Counted from the stretch's first letter, positions 1-9,474 are shown. The stretch: DNA of 64,000 bases from Bacteroidales bacterium (GCA_017548505.1 JAFYZX010000005.1:385-64384), one strand, 5' to 3'. Notes: a model not told the origin generated them from the sequence alone. Numbers and translations are program-made.

Positions 1-873
1 GCCGAGGCTGTAGGCGATGAAACGGTCTTTGTAGAGTTCAATGGCTCTGACTACGTGCGGTCCGTGTCCGTAGATTATGTCCGCTCCGCAGTCTATTGCA
101 AAGTGGGCGAAATCCCTGAGGAAGCCTCTCTCGTCTCCGTAGAACATCTCCGAGCCGTAAGGCAGATGCCTTGCTGCGGAACCCTCTCTTCCGCCATGGA
201 AAGAAAGAATCACAATATCACAATGCTTTTCTTCCTTCAGCGTCTTGATAATCCTTCTGACTGTGGCGGTATCTCTTGTCCTGAGGCTATAGTCCTCATG
301 CCCGAATGCGCTGAATCCTACAAGGATAGTGTCTCCGTTAGGGGTTTCGAACAGTTTCGTGCAATATTCCCGGTGCGGATGCTGGCCCTTCGGGTCTTTG
401 GCCCCGGCATAGCCAAGTCCCGCCTTCTCGAGGTTCTCTTCCGTCTGTGTCATCGCCTCCTCGAAGAAGTCGTAGATGTGGTTGTTGGCAATGCCCACGA
501 AATCGAATCCGGCATCCAGAAGATGCTGCGTGTATCGCGGAGGCATCATAAACATGAATGCCATCGGGGCACCCAGGTTTTTCCTTGGCTTTCCGCTGGT
601 TGCGATGGTTCCCTCAAGGTTTCCGCAGGTTATGTCTGCGGTTTTCAGAAGGTCTCTTACATCGTCGAAAATATGCTTACCGTCCTCGGCAGGAAGCCTG
701 TTGCCGGGGAAAGTATTTCCCATCATAATGTCTCCCACAACGGCAACCGTAAGGGTATCGGGCTCTTTTTCTATTGTAACGGGCTGTTCAACAGGCTTGG
801 ACTGAGTGCTTTTGCAGGAGCAGGAAAAGGCCATGCACAGTACCGTGCAAAGAAGCCAGGCGTGATTTCTCAT
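1..873 (-). CDS. CapA-family metallophosphatase lipoprotein (C-terminus cut by window edge)
   Basis: Own reverse-strand translation from the ATG (complement of 871-873). It gives MRNHAWLLCTVLCMAFSCSCKS (signal/lipobox), then VAVVGDIMMGN, GNLEG, GIANNHIYDF, SFHGGREG, YGHGPHV. This is the metallophosphatase motif series typical of CapA/PGA_cap proteins. The frame stays open to position 1, so it is absent from the ORF track. Confidence 0.75.
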   Translation of the reverse strand, partial: MRNHAWLLCTVLCMAFSCSCKSTQSKPVEQPVTIEKEPDTLTVAVVGDIMMGNTFPGNRLPAEDGKHIFDDVRDLLKTADITCGNLEGTIATSGKPRKNLGAPMAFMFMMPPRYTQHLLDAGFDFVGIANNHIYDFFEEAMTQTEENLEKAGLGYAGAKDPKGQHPHREYCTKLFETPNGDTILVGFSAFGHEDYSLRTRDTATVRRIIKTLKEEKHCDIVILSFHGGREGSAARHLPYGSEMFYGDERGFLRDFAHFAIDCGADIIYGHGPHVVRAIELYKDRFIAYSLG

Positions 874-933
874 AGTTTTCTTAAATTTGTCTTTACAAAT
901 ATCGCGATAATAATAAAACAACATATTTGAATC

Positions 934-2148
934 ATGAAGAAATTATTCTGTTTGGCAGCGGCCGTTTTCTCTTGCCTTTTGGTGGCTGCGCAGGGAACCA
1001 GGCTTGAGCATTCCACCCCTGAACTGATGGGTATGTCTTCCCAGAGGCTTTCCGCAATAGACAATGTTATTGAAGAGGCTATCAAGGACACTCTGATTCC
1101 CGGAGCTGTAGTCTGCGTGGTCAGAAAAGACAAGGTTGTCTTCCTGAAGGCATACGGCAACAAGGCGATTTATCCGAAGAAGGAGAAGATGACGGAGAAC
1201 ACAGTCTTTGACCTGGCATCCTGCAGCAAGTGCGTTGGGACAACTCTGAGTTTCATGCAGCTGATAGAGCAGGGAAAGGTCCGGCTGATAGACAGGGTAG
1301 ATATGTATATCCCGGACTTTGAGCCATACGTGGATGAGGATGGCAATAAGGTAAATATCAGGATAATAGACCTTCTGACGCACACAAGCGGCCTTCCTGC
1401 TTACGTGAATCCTTCCGTTATTGAGGAGAAATACGGAAAGGCTGATGCCAAGAATCTTCTGGACTGGATATGCCATTGCAAGAGGATCTACAGGCCTGCA
1501 AAAGGACACGTGTACAGCTGCCTTAACTTCATCACCCTGCAGAATATTCTTCAGAAAATTACAGGAGAGAAACTCCAGGATTACGCACAGGAGAACGTTT
1601 TTGACCGCCTCGGCCTGAAGTACACCACATATTCTCCAAAACTTCAGAAAAAGAAGGATATCATGAAGCTGGTCGCTCCTACAGAAAAGCAGCCTGACGG
1701 AAAATGTCTTCTCGGCGAGGTTCACGATCCTTTGGCAAGGGTTTGCGGCAATGGAAATTCCGGCAATGCGGGAGTGTTCTCAAACGCTGAGGACCTTGCA
1801 GTTATCTGCGCTGCGCTTCTGAACGGCGGAGAGTATGACGGAAAGAGGATTCTCGGACCTCTTACCGTCAATGCGATGAGAACCGTTCCAAGAGAAGTCC
1901 GCCAGTTCGGACGCACCCTGGGCTGGGACAACGATGTGCATTACTACACCGCCGGAGACCTTTTCTCTGCAGAGACTTACGGCCACACAGGCTACACAGG
2001 CCCTTCAATCGTGATTGATCCGCAGACAAAGACCGCAGTTATTATACTTGCAAACAGGGTACACCCTTATGACACGGGAAATATGGCTCCTGTAAGGGCC
2101 AAGGTTTCCACCGTGGTGGCCGGCTCCATACTTATGCCGAGCCTATAA
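934..2148 (+). CDS. serine hydrolase, beta-lactamase fold (class C / esterase-like), secreted
   Basis: 404-aa ORF with an N-terminal signal peptide. S-x-x-K nucleophile motif ASCSKC, HTSGL, and C-terminal GHTGYTG (KTG-type triad position). Confidence 0.85.
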   Translation: MKKLFCLAAAVFSCLLVAAQGTRLEHSTPELMGMSSQRLSAIDNVIEEAIKDTLIPGAVVCVVRKDKVVFLKAYGNKAIYPKKEKMTENTVFDLASCSKCVGTTLSFMQLIEQGKVRLIDRVDMYIPDFEPYVDEDGNKVNIRIIDLLTHTSGLPAYVNPSVIEEKYGKADAKNLLDWICHCKRIYRPAKGHVYSCLNFITLQNILQKITGEKLQDYAQENVFDRLGLKYTTYSPKLQKKKDIMKLVAPTEKQPDGKCLLGEVHDPLARVCGNGNSGNAGVFSNAEDLAVICAALLNGGEYDGKRILGPLTVNAMRTVPREVRQFGRTLGWDNDVHYYTAGDLFSAETYGHTGYTGPSIVIDPQTKTAVIILANRVHPYDTGNMAPVRAKVSTVVAGSILMPSL

Positions 2149-3135
2149 CAGCATGTCCGCCAGGGCTATGGCGGCAACTGCCTCAGCAATTACAGGGCAT
2201 CGGAGAGCAATGCACGCATCGTGACGGCCTCCGATGCTCAGTTTTTCTATCCTGCCGGTTTTGAAATTGAAGGTTTCCTGAGGCTTGGCGATGCTTGCAG
2301 CAGGCCTGATATCCAGAGTAAATATTATTGGATTTCCGTTGGACAGACCACCGTTGATTCCGCCGCTGTGGTTGGTGGCGGTTGTGCCTTTTTCGTCTAT
2401 AATGGCATCGTTGAATACCGAGCCCTTGAAAGAAGAGGACTTGTCTCCGAAGCGGATACCCTTGACTCCCGGGATTGAGAAAGCAAGGTGGGCAATCTGT
2501 GATTCGATGGAGTTAAAGAACGGCTCTCCCTTTCCGGCAGGAACGCCGGTAATCGTGCAGGTGATTTCTCCGCCGATGGAATCTCCTTCTGCCTTAACGA
2601 TGTGGATTATATCCTCCCATTTGGCGGAATCATTTTCTCCTCCAATGGAAGATATTTCTGCGTGGAAGGTTATGCCGAGTCCCGCATCAAGGAGCATTTT
2701 CTTTGCTATGACTCCCGCCGCAACAAGCGGGAGGGTCATCCTTCCGGAAAACATCCCGCCTCCGCGTATATCGTTGAATCCCTTGAACTTTACTGATGCG
2801 GCAAAGTCTGATCGGGATGGCCTCGGATGATTTTTAAATGCGCTATAGTCTTTGGAAATCTGGTTTTTGTTTTCAAACAGAATGGTTAGCGGAGCGCCTG
2901 TGGTTACTCCTTCCAAAAGCCCCGAAGCCAAGATTGGAATATCTTCTTCCTGGCGGGCGGTAACACCTTCTGCAAGATTCGGAAATTCTCCCTTCTTTCT
3001 TCTTTCCGTATCTTGAGTGAAGTCTTCTTCAGATATTTTTATTCCCGGAGTAACACCATCTATAACGATACCGGTATAAGGGCCGTGGCTTTCTCCGAAC
3101 AGGGTGATTCTGAAATTCTTGCCGTATGTATTCAT
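2143..3135 (-). CDS. aroC: chorismate synthase
   Basis: 330-aa ORF. The N-terminus FRITLFGESHGPYTGIVIDG and the GGRHDACIA motif are characteristic of AroC. Confidence 0.93.
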   Translation of the reverse strand: MNTYGKNFRITLFGESHGPYTGIVIDGVTPGIKISEEDFTQDTERRKKGEFPNLAEGVTARQEEDIPILASGLLEGVTTGAPLTILFENKNQISKDYSAFKNHPRPSRSDFAASVKFKGFNDIRGGGMFSGRMTLPLVAAGVIAKKMLLDAGLGITFHAEISSIGGENDSAKWEDIIHIVKAEGDSIGGEITCTITGVPAGKGEPFFNSIESQIAHLAFSIPGVKGIRFGDKSSSFKGSVFNDAIIDEKGTTATNHSGGINGGLSNGNPIIFTLDIRPAASIAKPQETFNFKTGRIEKLSIGGRHDACIALRCPVIAEAVAAIALADMLL

Positions 3136-3141
3136 AAGTAT

Positions 3142-5229
3142 TTATGTTTTCTGGGTGTTAAACTGAAGCCTTTCCACAAAAGTAGGGAAAGATTTTCCGA
3201 TGCATTCTATATCGTCGAGGAAAACTTCCGCCGGCTTTGCGTTGAAACAGTTCCTCAGCATTGCACAGATTATTATTGCCATCGCGATCCTGTGGTCGTT
3301 GTGTGAGGAGCAGAAAATTTTGTCTTCTCCGTCAAGGGCCTTTCCGCCGTTTCCCTCCACCACGAGTTCATAGTCTTCTATATGGAGGTGATATCCCATT
3401 CTGCTGAATTCCAAGAGTATGGACTCTGCCCGGTTGCTTTCCTTGTTCACAAGCCGGTGGACTCCCTTTATGCGGCTTGTCCCGTTGCAGTAAACAGCCA
3501 GAGTTGTCAGGATAGGGAAGAGATCGGGACAATCTGTGGCATCGAAACTGAAAGCCTTAAGATGGTCTGCTTCTACCGTTATGTTTGAAAGATTCTGGTA
3601 ATACTGCTTGCGGGTGTCGTACCTGTAGTCAGATACTGTTACGAATTCGCTTCTGTCTGTTTTTTCTGTTTTAATACTTACTCCGCATTGGGATAGAACT
3701 TCCAATATACTTTCGTCTGCCTGGGAAGAATACGGGTGCATTTTCTTCACGGTGAGTTTTCCACAAATACTTCCGAGGACAAGGAAATTGGCTGCTCCGC
3801 TCCAGTCGCTTTCCAGGAACATGTCTACCGGAGAATAGCCCTGGCGGCCCTCTATGTTAAAATGCAGAGTGCGGCCTTCCCTTTCATATTCAAGCCTGAT
3901 TCCAAAAGCCATCAACACTTTGACAGTAAGGTCTATGTAAGGAATGCTTGATGCTTCTTCAACGGTTAGGCCAGTATCGTGGTGAAGCAGCGGAAGCACC
4001 ATAAGAAGCCCCGTAACGGTCTGGGACGTGTCTTTGCCGGAAATGGTAAAAGTCTTGCGGAAAGATGCTCCGCTAAGAGTTACCGGAATGGTGGTTCCTT
4101 TCAGGGTATTTGTACCCAGGCATTTTACTCCAGCCGTTTTCAGGGACTGGATATCTGAAGAGAGGTTCCTTCCGGCCAGAGAGCCGCTGCCTGTAACGGT
4201 AATCCTGGAGGAGATAACAGTACGGTTCCTTAAGCTTGAGGCGTAGGCGCATACCGGAAGAAGCATCCTCAGAAGCAGTGCGCTCTGTCCGGCCTCCGCC
4301 GTTTGAAAAGATTTCCATTTGGCGATGCCTGCACTTCTGATTATCAGCATCTTTTCTCCACGGGCGCTGTTGCCGTCGCGGGTGGCCTTGACCAAGCATC
4401 CGCACCTTCGGACAAAAGCAATGGCTGCCTTTATGTCTTCGCAAGGCTCAAAGTTTCTCAGAACACATTGTCCGTTGGTGATGGCGGCAGCGAGAATAGC
4501 CCTTTGCACAATGCTTTTGGAGCAAGGAACACAAACGCAAGCGTGTTTTTTCCGGGAGAACAGGCCGCTTTGCGAAATGTCGCCAATACGGAAAGTGGCA
4601 GGGACTTCTCTTGCCATCTCTTCATAACTGGACTGGCCCGGTGCCGTAGCCTTGCCGGCCGAGGCGTAAGAAACTGGAGATCCAAGACTTAGGCAAGCCA
4701 GTCTGGTCCACCTTCCCGCTTCTCCCTGGGCAAATGCTATTAGGCGCTCCCTTTCTATCACATCGCTGAAATAAAGCCTAAGCACTCTTGAAGCCTCTTC
4801 CAGGTTTTTTGCCGTTGGAGCAACCTTTACAATGTCCGCCCCTTTTTTCTTACAGTCTTCAACGATATCTACAAGTTCTTCAAGAGATGGTGTCGAATCT
4901 GAATGCCAGCTGATTATAAGTTTTGTGCCTGGCTGTTTTGCAATGGCCTTCCTGACCTTTGAAAGATAGGGCGCAGGAACGCCAAGATCAAGGTCCACGG
5001 CCCAGACTCCTTTTTTTATTGCAAGAAGCGTCTGCTCCAGAGATGTCTTTTTACCGGTTTCTGAAAATCTGTAAGTGAAAATGACATTTGTATTAAGATC
5101 CAGCAATTCCTCCACTTCTTTCAGGGACAGGCCGCATAGGTCTCCCCTTATTTCGCAGAAGGAGTACAGGGAAAGAAGTTCCCTGCATTTTCCGAAAACC
5201 TTTTCTCCTATGCTGGCGCAGATTTTCAT
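3142..5229 (-). CDS. fusion protein: type I 3-dehydroquinate dehydratase (N) + 3-phosphoshikimate 1-carboxyvinyltransferase/EPSP synthase (C)
   Basis: 695-aa ORF. Residues 1-207 carry type I DHQase signatures (ADIVKVAPTAK lysine context, GSPVSYAS..APGQ). Residues ~231-695 carry EPSPS signatures (VPCSKSIVQRAILAAAI, C-terminal NDHRIAMA). There is no stop or frameshift between the halves. Confidence 0.85.
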   Translation of the reverse strand: MKICASIGEKVFGKCRELLSLYSFCEIRGDLCGLSLKEVEELLDLNTNVIFTYRFSETGKKTSLEQTLLAIKKGVWAVDLDLGVPAPYLSKVRKAIAKQPGTKLIISWHSDSTPSLEELVDIVEDCKKKGADIVKVAPTAKNLEEASRVLRLYFSDVIERERLIAFAQGEAGRWTRLACLSLGSPVSYASAGKATAPGQSSYEEMAREVPATFRIGDISQSGLFSRKKHACVCVPCSKSIVQRAILAAAITNGQCVLRNFEPCEDIKAAIAFVRRCGCLVKATRDGNSARGEKMLIIRSAGIAKWKSFQTAEAGQSALLLRMLLPVCAYASSLRNRTVISSRITVTGSGSLAGRNLSSDIQSLKTAGVKCLGTNTLKGTTIPVTLSGASFRKTFTISGKDTSQTVTGLLMVLPLLHHDTGLTVEEASSIPYIDLTVKVLMAFGIRLEYEREGRTLHFNIEGRQGYSPVDMFLESDWSGAANFLVLGSICGKLTVKKMHPYSSQADESILEVLSQCGVSIKTEKTDRSEFVTVSDYRYDTRKQYYQNLSNITVEADHLKAFSFDATDCPDLFPILTTLAVYCNGTSRIKGVHRLVNKESNRAESILLEFSRMGYHLHIEDYELVVEGNGGKALDGEDKIFCSSHNDHRIAMAIIICAMLRNCFNAKPAEVFLDDIECIGKSFPTFVERLQFNTQKT

Positions 5230-5231
5230 TC

Positions 5232-6257
5232 TCAGATAACAAGACGGCCACAGGCTTTCCTCAGGTCAGAGGCCGTAATTAAATAACGTGCAACATTTCC
5301 GATTCCAAGCGGAAGAATCAGCGTGAGGATTTCTCCCGAAGCTTTTTTGTCTTGCTGCATTGTGTTGAATATCTTGGAGAAACTTACTCCAAAGGAAGTT
5401 TTAAGACCGACACTGTGGAAGTCTTCAGAAAGTTCTGAGGCAAGGCTTTTGGGGCATATTCCCATTATGGCCGCAGCCTTGGCGCTGGCTACGATTCCGG
5501 CGGCGACCGCTTCTCCGTGAAGGATCTTTCTATGGTTTGCAGCAGCCCAACCCTCAAGAGCGTGGGCGAAAGTGTGCCCAAGATTCAGAACCATTCTTTC
5601 TCCATGATCCCTTTCGTCTTTTTTCACGACTTCCATTTTCAATCTGGCACATTCCCTTACAAGTCTTTCCAGCAGCCTCTCTTCTTTTTCAGAAGGATTC
5701 CTGTGGTTGTATGATTTGAAAAATGAAACACAGAAAGCATAAAGATCAGGACTGAAAATCAGAAATGTCTTGAGCATCTCCGCGATGCCTTCCGTAAACA
5801 CCCGTCTCTGCAGAGTCCTGAAGAATACCGGAGACTGGAACACCCATTCAGGCTGGGTGATGGTTCCAATCATATTTTTGACTCTCAGGTGATTGACACC
5901 GTTCTTTCCTCCAAGAGCCGCGTCTGCCGAAGACAGCAGCGTGGTTGGAACCAGGCCGAATCGGACACCTCTCTTGTAGACAGAAGCGACGAAGCCGGCC
6001 AGGTCTGTGGTTACCCCTCCGCCGGCTCCGATAATAAAGCAATCCCTGTCTGCCTTGTTTTCCATAAGCCAGGAGCAGATATGGGCAGCCGTGCCTAAAG
6101 TTTTGGAAGATTCTAAGGCGCGAAGGGGAAAAATCTTCCAATTCTTCATCGCGGAGAAATAATCTTCCACTTTATTATCAATAATTGCAAAAACTCCGCT
6201 ATTTGCAGGGATAAGTTCAGTTAACTTATTGATATCTTTGCCTGTATATAACTTCAT
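5232..6257 (-). CDS. aroB: 3-dehydroquinate synthase
   Basis: Motifs GAGGGVTTDLAGFVAS, GHTFAHALE, HGEAVAAG. Start moved to the ATG at 6257 (MKLYTGKD) because a TATATTTG -7 box at 6286-6293 lies inside the longer ORF. Confidence 0.9.
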   Translation of the reverse strand: MKLYTGKDINKLTELIPANSGVFAIIDNKVEDYFSAMKNWKIFPLRALESSKTLGTAAHICSWLMENKADRDCFIIGAGGGVTTDLAGFVASVYKRGVRFGLVPTTLLSSADAALGGKNGVNHLRVKNMIGTITQPEWVFQSPVFFRTLQRRVFTEGIAEMLKTFLIFSPDLYAFCVSFFKSYNHRNPSEKEERLLERLVRECARLKMEVVKKDERDHGERMVLNLGHTFAHALEGWAAANHRKILHGEAVAAGIVASAKAAAIMGICPKSLASELSEDFHSVGLKTSFGVSFSKIFNTMQQDKKASGEILTLILPLGIGNVARYLITASDLRKACGRLVI

Positions 6258-6285
6258 GATATGATAATGGCTTGTGACAGATAGG

Positions 6286-6293
6286 CAAATATA
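6286..6293 (-). promoter_or_regulatory. -7 promoter box for aroB
   Basis: The minus strand reads TATATTTG, matching the Bacteroides consensus TAnnTTTG, 28 nt upstream of the ATG at 6257. Confidence 0.6.
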
Positions 6294-6423
6294 GCAAAAA
6301 TTACCCACAAAAGAAAGGGTTTTTCAGGCCATTTATAAAACATTATGTTAAATTTCAGTTACAAATTGTATCAACTTAACAAAAAAGATTTACCTTTGCA
6401 CTCGGTTATAGTGTGTGTGTTAT

Positions 6424-6452
6424 CCTGCTTTGAAAGAAGCGGGAATTTTTTT
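6424..6452 (+). terminator. short hairpin + T-tract between two -7 boxes upstream of DAHPS-CM (possible attenuator)
   Basis: CCTGCTT-TGAAAG-AAGCGGG (7 bp, one G-T pair) followed by AATTTTTTT. It lies after the TACCTTTG box (6391) and before the TATATTTG box (6463). Confidence 0.35.
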
Positions 6453-6462
6453 GCCCATTTAC

Positions 6463-6470
6463 TATATTTG
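6463..6470 (+). promoter_or_regulatory. -7 promoter box for DAHPS-CM
   Basis: TATATTTG, 31 nt upstream of the ATG at 6502. A second box, TACCTTTG, lies at 6391-6398. Confidence 0.55.
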
Positions 6471-6501
6471 CGGGGGAAAGTAAATAGGTTTCTTTTTTTT
6501 T

Positions 6502-7539
6502 ATGGAATCTCGGATAAAAATCATAGCCGGACCGTGCAGCGCTGAAACCAGAGACCAGGTTCTGGAAACGGCAAGAGCTTTGGCCAAGACAGGAATATAT
6601 GCCTTCAGGGCCGGATTGTGGAAGCCCAGAACAAGGCCAGGAATGTTTGAGGGAGTTGGCTCAAAAGGCCTGGAATGGCTGCAGGAGGTCAAAAGAGAAA
6701 CGGGGCTTAAAGTCTGCTGCGAAGTTGCAACCCCGGAGCATCTTCACCAGGCGCTGGAGGCTGGAGTGGACATTCTATGGATTGGGGCCCGCACTACCGC
6801 TGATCCGTTTGCTGTCCAGGCTCTGGCCGATGCTGTCAAAGGAGAATACATCTCTTTGCTCATAAAGAATCCCGTTAATCCGGACGTGGAACTCTGGGCG
6901 GGAGCCCTGGAGCGTTTCATGAATGCCGGAGTCAAAGACATTTCTCTTGTGCACAGAGGATTCAGTTCATACGGCAATCAAATCTACCGCAATCTTCCGC
7001 TGTGGCACATTCCAATCGAGATGAAACGCAGGTTTCCGGATATTCCTATGCTCTGCGATCCAAGCCACATGGGCGGCAAGCCGCAGCTTCTGGCGCCTAT
7101 TTCCCAGCAGGCACTCGACCTGATGTATGACGGCCTGATGATAGAGTGCCATATTAATCCGGACCAGGCACTCAGCGACAAGGCTCAGCAAATCACTCCG
7201 ATCCAACTTGAGAAAATCCTCAGTCATCTGACGGTCAGGGAAAATGTCCAGGACCAGCAAAGTCTTGAGTCTTTCCGTTCCCAGATCGACTCGCTGGACG
7301 AAAGTCTTTTCCAGATCCTTTCCAGGAGAATGGAAATCTCCCGCCAGATAGGGCATTACAAGCAACAGCATAATATGCCAGTTCTCCAGAGCAAGCGTTA
7401 CAGCGAGATTGTTGAAAACAGGTCTGACCTGGCAGAATCAATGGGTCTTGACAGGGATTTTGCCAAATCGCTGATGGAAATTATCCATAAGGAAAGCGTA
7501 AAGGTTCAGTTGGACTCTCCCCAGGTATCGGCAACATAG
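6502..7539 (+). CDS. bifunctional 3-deoxy-7-phosphoheptulonate (DAHP) synthase / chorismate mutase
   Basis: 345 aa. Type I-beta DAHPS/KDO8PS-like core (IIAGPCSAE, LWIGARTT, LCDPSH) followed by an AroQ-type chorismate mutase helix (IDSLDESLFQILSRRMEISRQIGHYK). A C-terminal CM fusion is known for Bacteroidetes DAHP synthases. Confidence 0.9.
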   Translation: MESRIKIIAGPCSAETRDQVLETARALAKTGIYAFRAGLWKPRTRPGMFEGVGSKGLEWLQEVKRETGLKVCCEVATPEHLHQALEAGVDILWIGARTTADPFAVQALADAVKGEYISLLIKNPVNPDVELWAGALERFMNAGVKDISLVHRGFSSYGNQIYRNLPLWHIPIEMKRRFPDIPMLCDPSHMGGKPQLLAPISQQALDLMYDGLMIECHINPDQALSDKAQQITPIQLEKILSHLTVRENVQDQQSLESFRSQIDSLDESLFQILSRRMEISRQIGHYKQQHNMPVLQSKRYSEIVENRSDLAESMGLDRDFAKSLMEIIHKESVKVQLDSPQVSAT

Positions 7540-8498
7540 TCCAGAAGCTGGAGGACTTTCTGAGGATCGTTCTCGGTGACGAGTTTCATCCTGGTTTCCT
7601 TGAAATTGAAAAGATTCTTGAAGTAACAGCTCAGATGGCGCCTCATTTCCAGCAGGCCGCGCCTTTCTCCCTTTACCTCTATTGATTTCAGAAAATGCCT
7701 CTTGGCAAGTGCAACCCTGTCATTCACACTCATTGGCGGGAGTTCTTCTCCGGTATCCAGATAGTGACGGATTTCCCTGAATATCCACGGATGGCCGTAT
7801 GTGGCCCTTCCTATCATAACGGCATCTACTCCATAGCGGTCAAAGGCTTCCTTGCAGGAAGGCCCGTCCGTGATATCTCCGTTACCGATTATAGGAATGT
7901 GCATCCTCGGATTCTCCTTGACTTTTCCGATAAGAGTCCAGTCCGCCTGCCCTTTGTACATTTGGCAGCGGGTCCTGCCGTGGATGGTAAGGGCGCTGAT
8001 TCCGGCATCCTGGAGCCTTTCCGCCAGTTCCACTATAATTAAGGAATCCTCGTCCCAGCCCAGCCTGGTTTTTACCGTAACGGGAAGATTAACGGCTTTT
8101 ACCACTTTCTCGGTGATTTCCACCATCAGATCGGGGAACCGCATCATTCCGCTCCCGGCGCCTCTCTTTGCGATTTTATTGACCGGGCAGCCGAAATTTA
8201 TGTCTATAAGGTCAGGATGGTATTGCTCGGCGAAGCGGGCGGCCTCCACCATCGCTTCTGGGATATGGCCGTAGATCTGGATGCCGATGGGCCTTTCGTA
8301 GTCGAAGACCTCCATCTTCTTGAAGGATTTCTCCGCATTGTGGGTAAGTCCGTCGGAGGAAACGAACTCCGTGTACATCATATCGGCCCCGTACTCCTTG
8401 CACACGAACCTGAATGAAGGATCAGTCACATCCTCCATAGGGGCAAGGAAAAGAGCCTTGTCGCGGAATTCTATGTCTCCGATCTTGAATTTTCCCAT
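7506..8498 (-). CDS. dusB: tRNA-dihydrouridine synthase
   Basis: 330 aa with LAPMEDVTDPSFR, DINFGCP and TIHGRTR motifs of the Dus family. The 3' end overlaps the convergent DAHPS-CM gene by 34 nt. Confidence 0.9.
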   Translation of the reverse strand: MGKFKIGDIEFRDKALFLAPMEDVTDPSFRFVCKEYGADMMYTEFVSSDGLTHNAEKSFKKMEVFDYERPIGIQIYGHIPEAMVEAARFAEQYHPDLIDINFGCPVNKIAKRGAGSGMMRFPDLMVEITEKVVKAVNLPVTVKTRLGWDEDSLIIVELAERLQDAGISALTIHGRTRCQMYKGQADWTLIGKVKENPRMHIPIIGNGDITDGPSCKEAFDRYGVDAVMIGRATYGHPWIFREIRHYLDTGEELPPMSVNDRVALAKRHFLKSIEVKGERRGLLEMRRHLSCYFKNLFNFKETRMKLVTENDPQKVLQLLDYVADTWGESN

Positions 8499-8506
8499 CG
8501 CGATGA

Positions 8507-8514
8507 CAAAGATA
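8507..8514 (-). promoter_or_regulatory. -7 promoter box for dusB
   Basis: The minus strand reads TATCTTTG, 8 nt upstream of the ATG at 8498. Confidence 0.55.
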
Positions 8515-8553
8515 GAGTTTTCTATTTGGATTTGCAGATAAGGAAAATTTGCC

Positions 8554-8561
8554 TATCTTTG
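8554..8561 (+). promoter_or_regulatory. -7 promoter box for rplM-rpsI
   Basis: TATCTTTG, about 66 nt upstream of the GTG at 8628. The leader contains CCCC-TTAAAAAA-GGGG. Confidence 0.6.
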
Positions 8562-8627
8562 CACCCCCTTAAAAAAGGGGACTCCGTTTTGAAGCGGGGA
8601 ATTATTAGTAATTTAAAACAACAAACA

Positions 8628-9080
8628 GTGGATTACAGAAGTTACAAATCTGTCTTTGTAAACGATAAGACAGCCACCAAGGAGTGGGTGATCATCGATG
8701 CAACTGATCAGGTTTTAGGTCGTCTTGCTTCCCGATTGGCACTGATCCTCAGGGGCAAGAACAAAGCCAACTTCACACCTCACACGGACTGCGGAGATAA
8801 CGTTATCGTTATCAACGCCGATAAGGTTCGCCTGACGGGCAAGAAGTTGACTGACAAGGTGTACGTACGTCACACCGGTTATCCTGGCGGCCAGCGTTTC
8901 ACAACTCCAGCAGAGTTGCTCAAGCGCAAGCCGGTAGCAGTATTAGAGGAAGCTGTAAGAGGAATGCTTCCTAAATCAAGGCTCGGAGCCCAGATGTTCC
9001 GCAACCTGCACGTTTATGCTGGCAGCGAACACCCTCATGGCTCTAATAAACCAAGAACAATCACTTTAAACGAGATTTAA
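8628..9080 (+). CDS. rplM: 50S ribosomal protein L13
   Basis: KEWVIIDATDQVLGRLAS..LRGK..FTPH.DCGD.VIVINADK is the L13 signature. I place the start at the in-frame GTG 8628 (MDYRSYKS), giving 150 aa. The longer track ORF starts at a TTG upstream of the TATCTTTG promoter box at 8554-8561. Confidence 0.93.
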   Translation: MDYRSYKSVFVNDKTATKEWVIIDATDQVLGRLASRLALILRGKNKANFTPHTDCGDNVIVINADKVRLTGKKLTDKVYVRHTGYPGGQRFTTPAELLKRKPVAVLEEAVRGMLPKSRLGAQMFRNLHVYAGSEHPHGSNKPRTITLNEI

Positions 9081-9084
9081 GAGC

Positions 9085-9474
9085 ATGGAGAAAGTAAACG
9101 CCCTTGGAAGACGTAAATCAGCTGTTGCTCGCGTTTATGTGGGTTCAGGCAAAGGCAACATCACAATCAACGGAAAGGAACTCGGAGTATATTTCCCTGA
9201 TGATTCCCTCAAGTACATTGTAATGCAGCCTCTTACAGTCACCAACACCCAGGCAAGCTTTGACATCACTGCCAACCTGGACGGTGGCGGAACCAAAGGA
9301 CAGGCTGAGGCTCTCCGCCTCGCTATCGCCCGCGCTCTCTGCAAGGTGGATGCCGAGGCATACCGCTCAATTCTCAAGAAGGAAGGATTCCTTTCAAGAG
9401 ATGCAAGAGAGGTGGAGAGAAAGAAGCCTGGTCAGCCTGGTGCACGCAGACGCTTCCAGTTCAGCAAGCGTTAG
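9085..9474 (+). CDS. rpsI: 30S ribosomal protein S9
   Basis: 129 aa. GRRKSAVARV N-terminus and the C-terminal ..PGARRRFQFSKR are diagnostic of S9. Confidence 0.97.
   Translation: MEKVNALGRRKSAVARVYVGSGKGNITINGKELGVYFPDDSLKYIVMQPLTVTNTQASFDITANLDGGGTKGQAEALRLAIARALCKVDAEAYRSILKKEGFLSRDAREVERKKPGQPGARRRFQFSKR

Noticed and set aside
55-930. 291-aa plus-strand ORF at the left edge, plus the nested 476-805 ORF
   Set aside because: Its translation has no recognisable motifs. The opposite strand encodes a clean CapA-type metallophosphatase with a signal peptide and all metal-binding motifs, so the plus-strand ORF is an antisense artefact.
8526-8627. Longer 184-aa L13 ORF
   Set aside because: It starts at a TTG upstream of the TATCTTTG promoter box, and the extra 34 residues do not resemble L13. 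The in-frame GTG at 8628 gives a canonical 150-aa protein.
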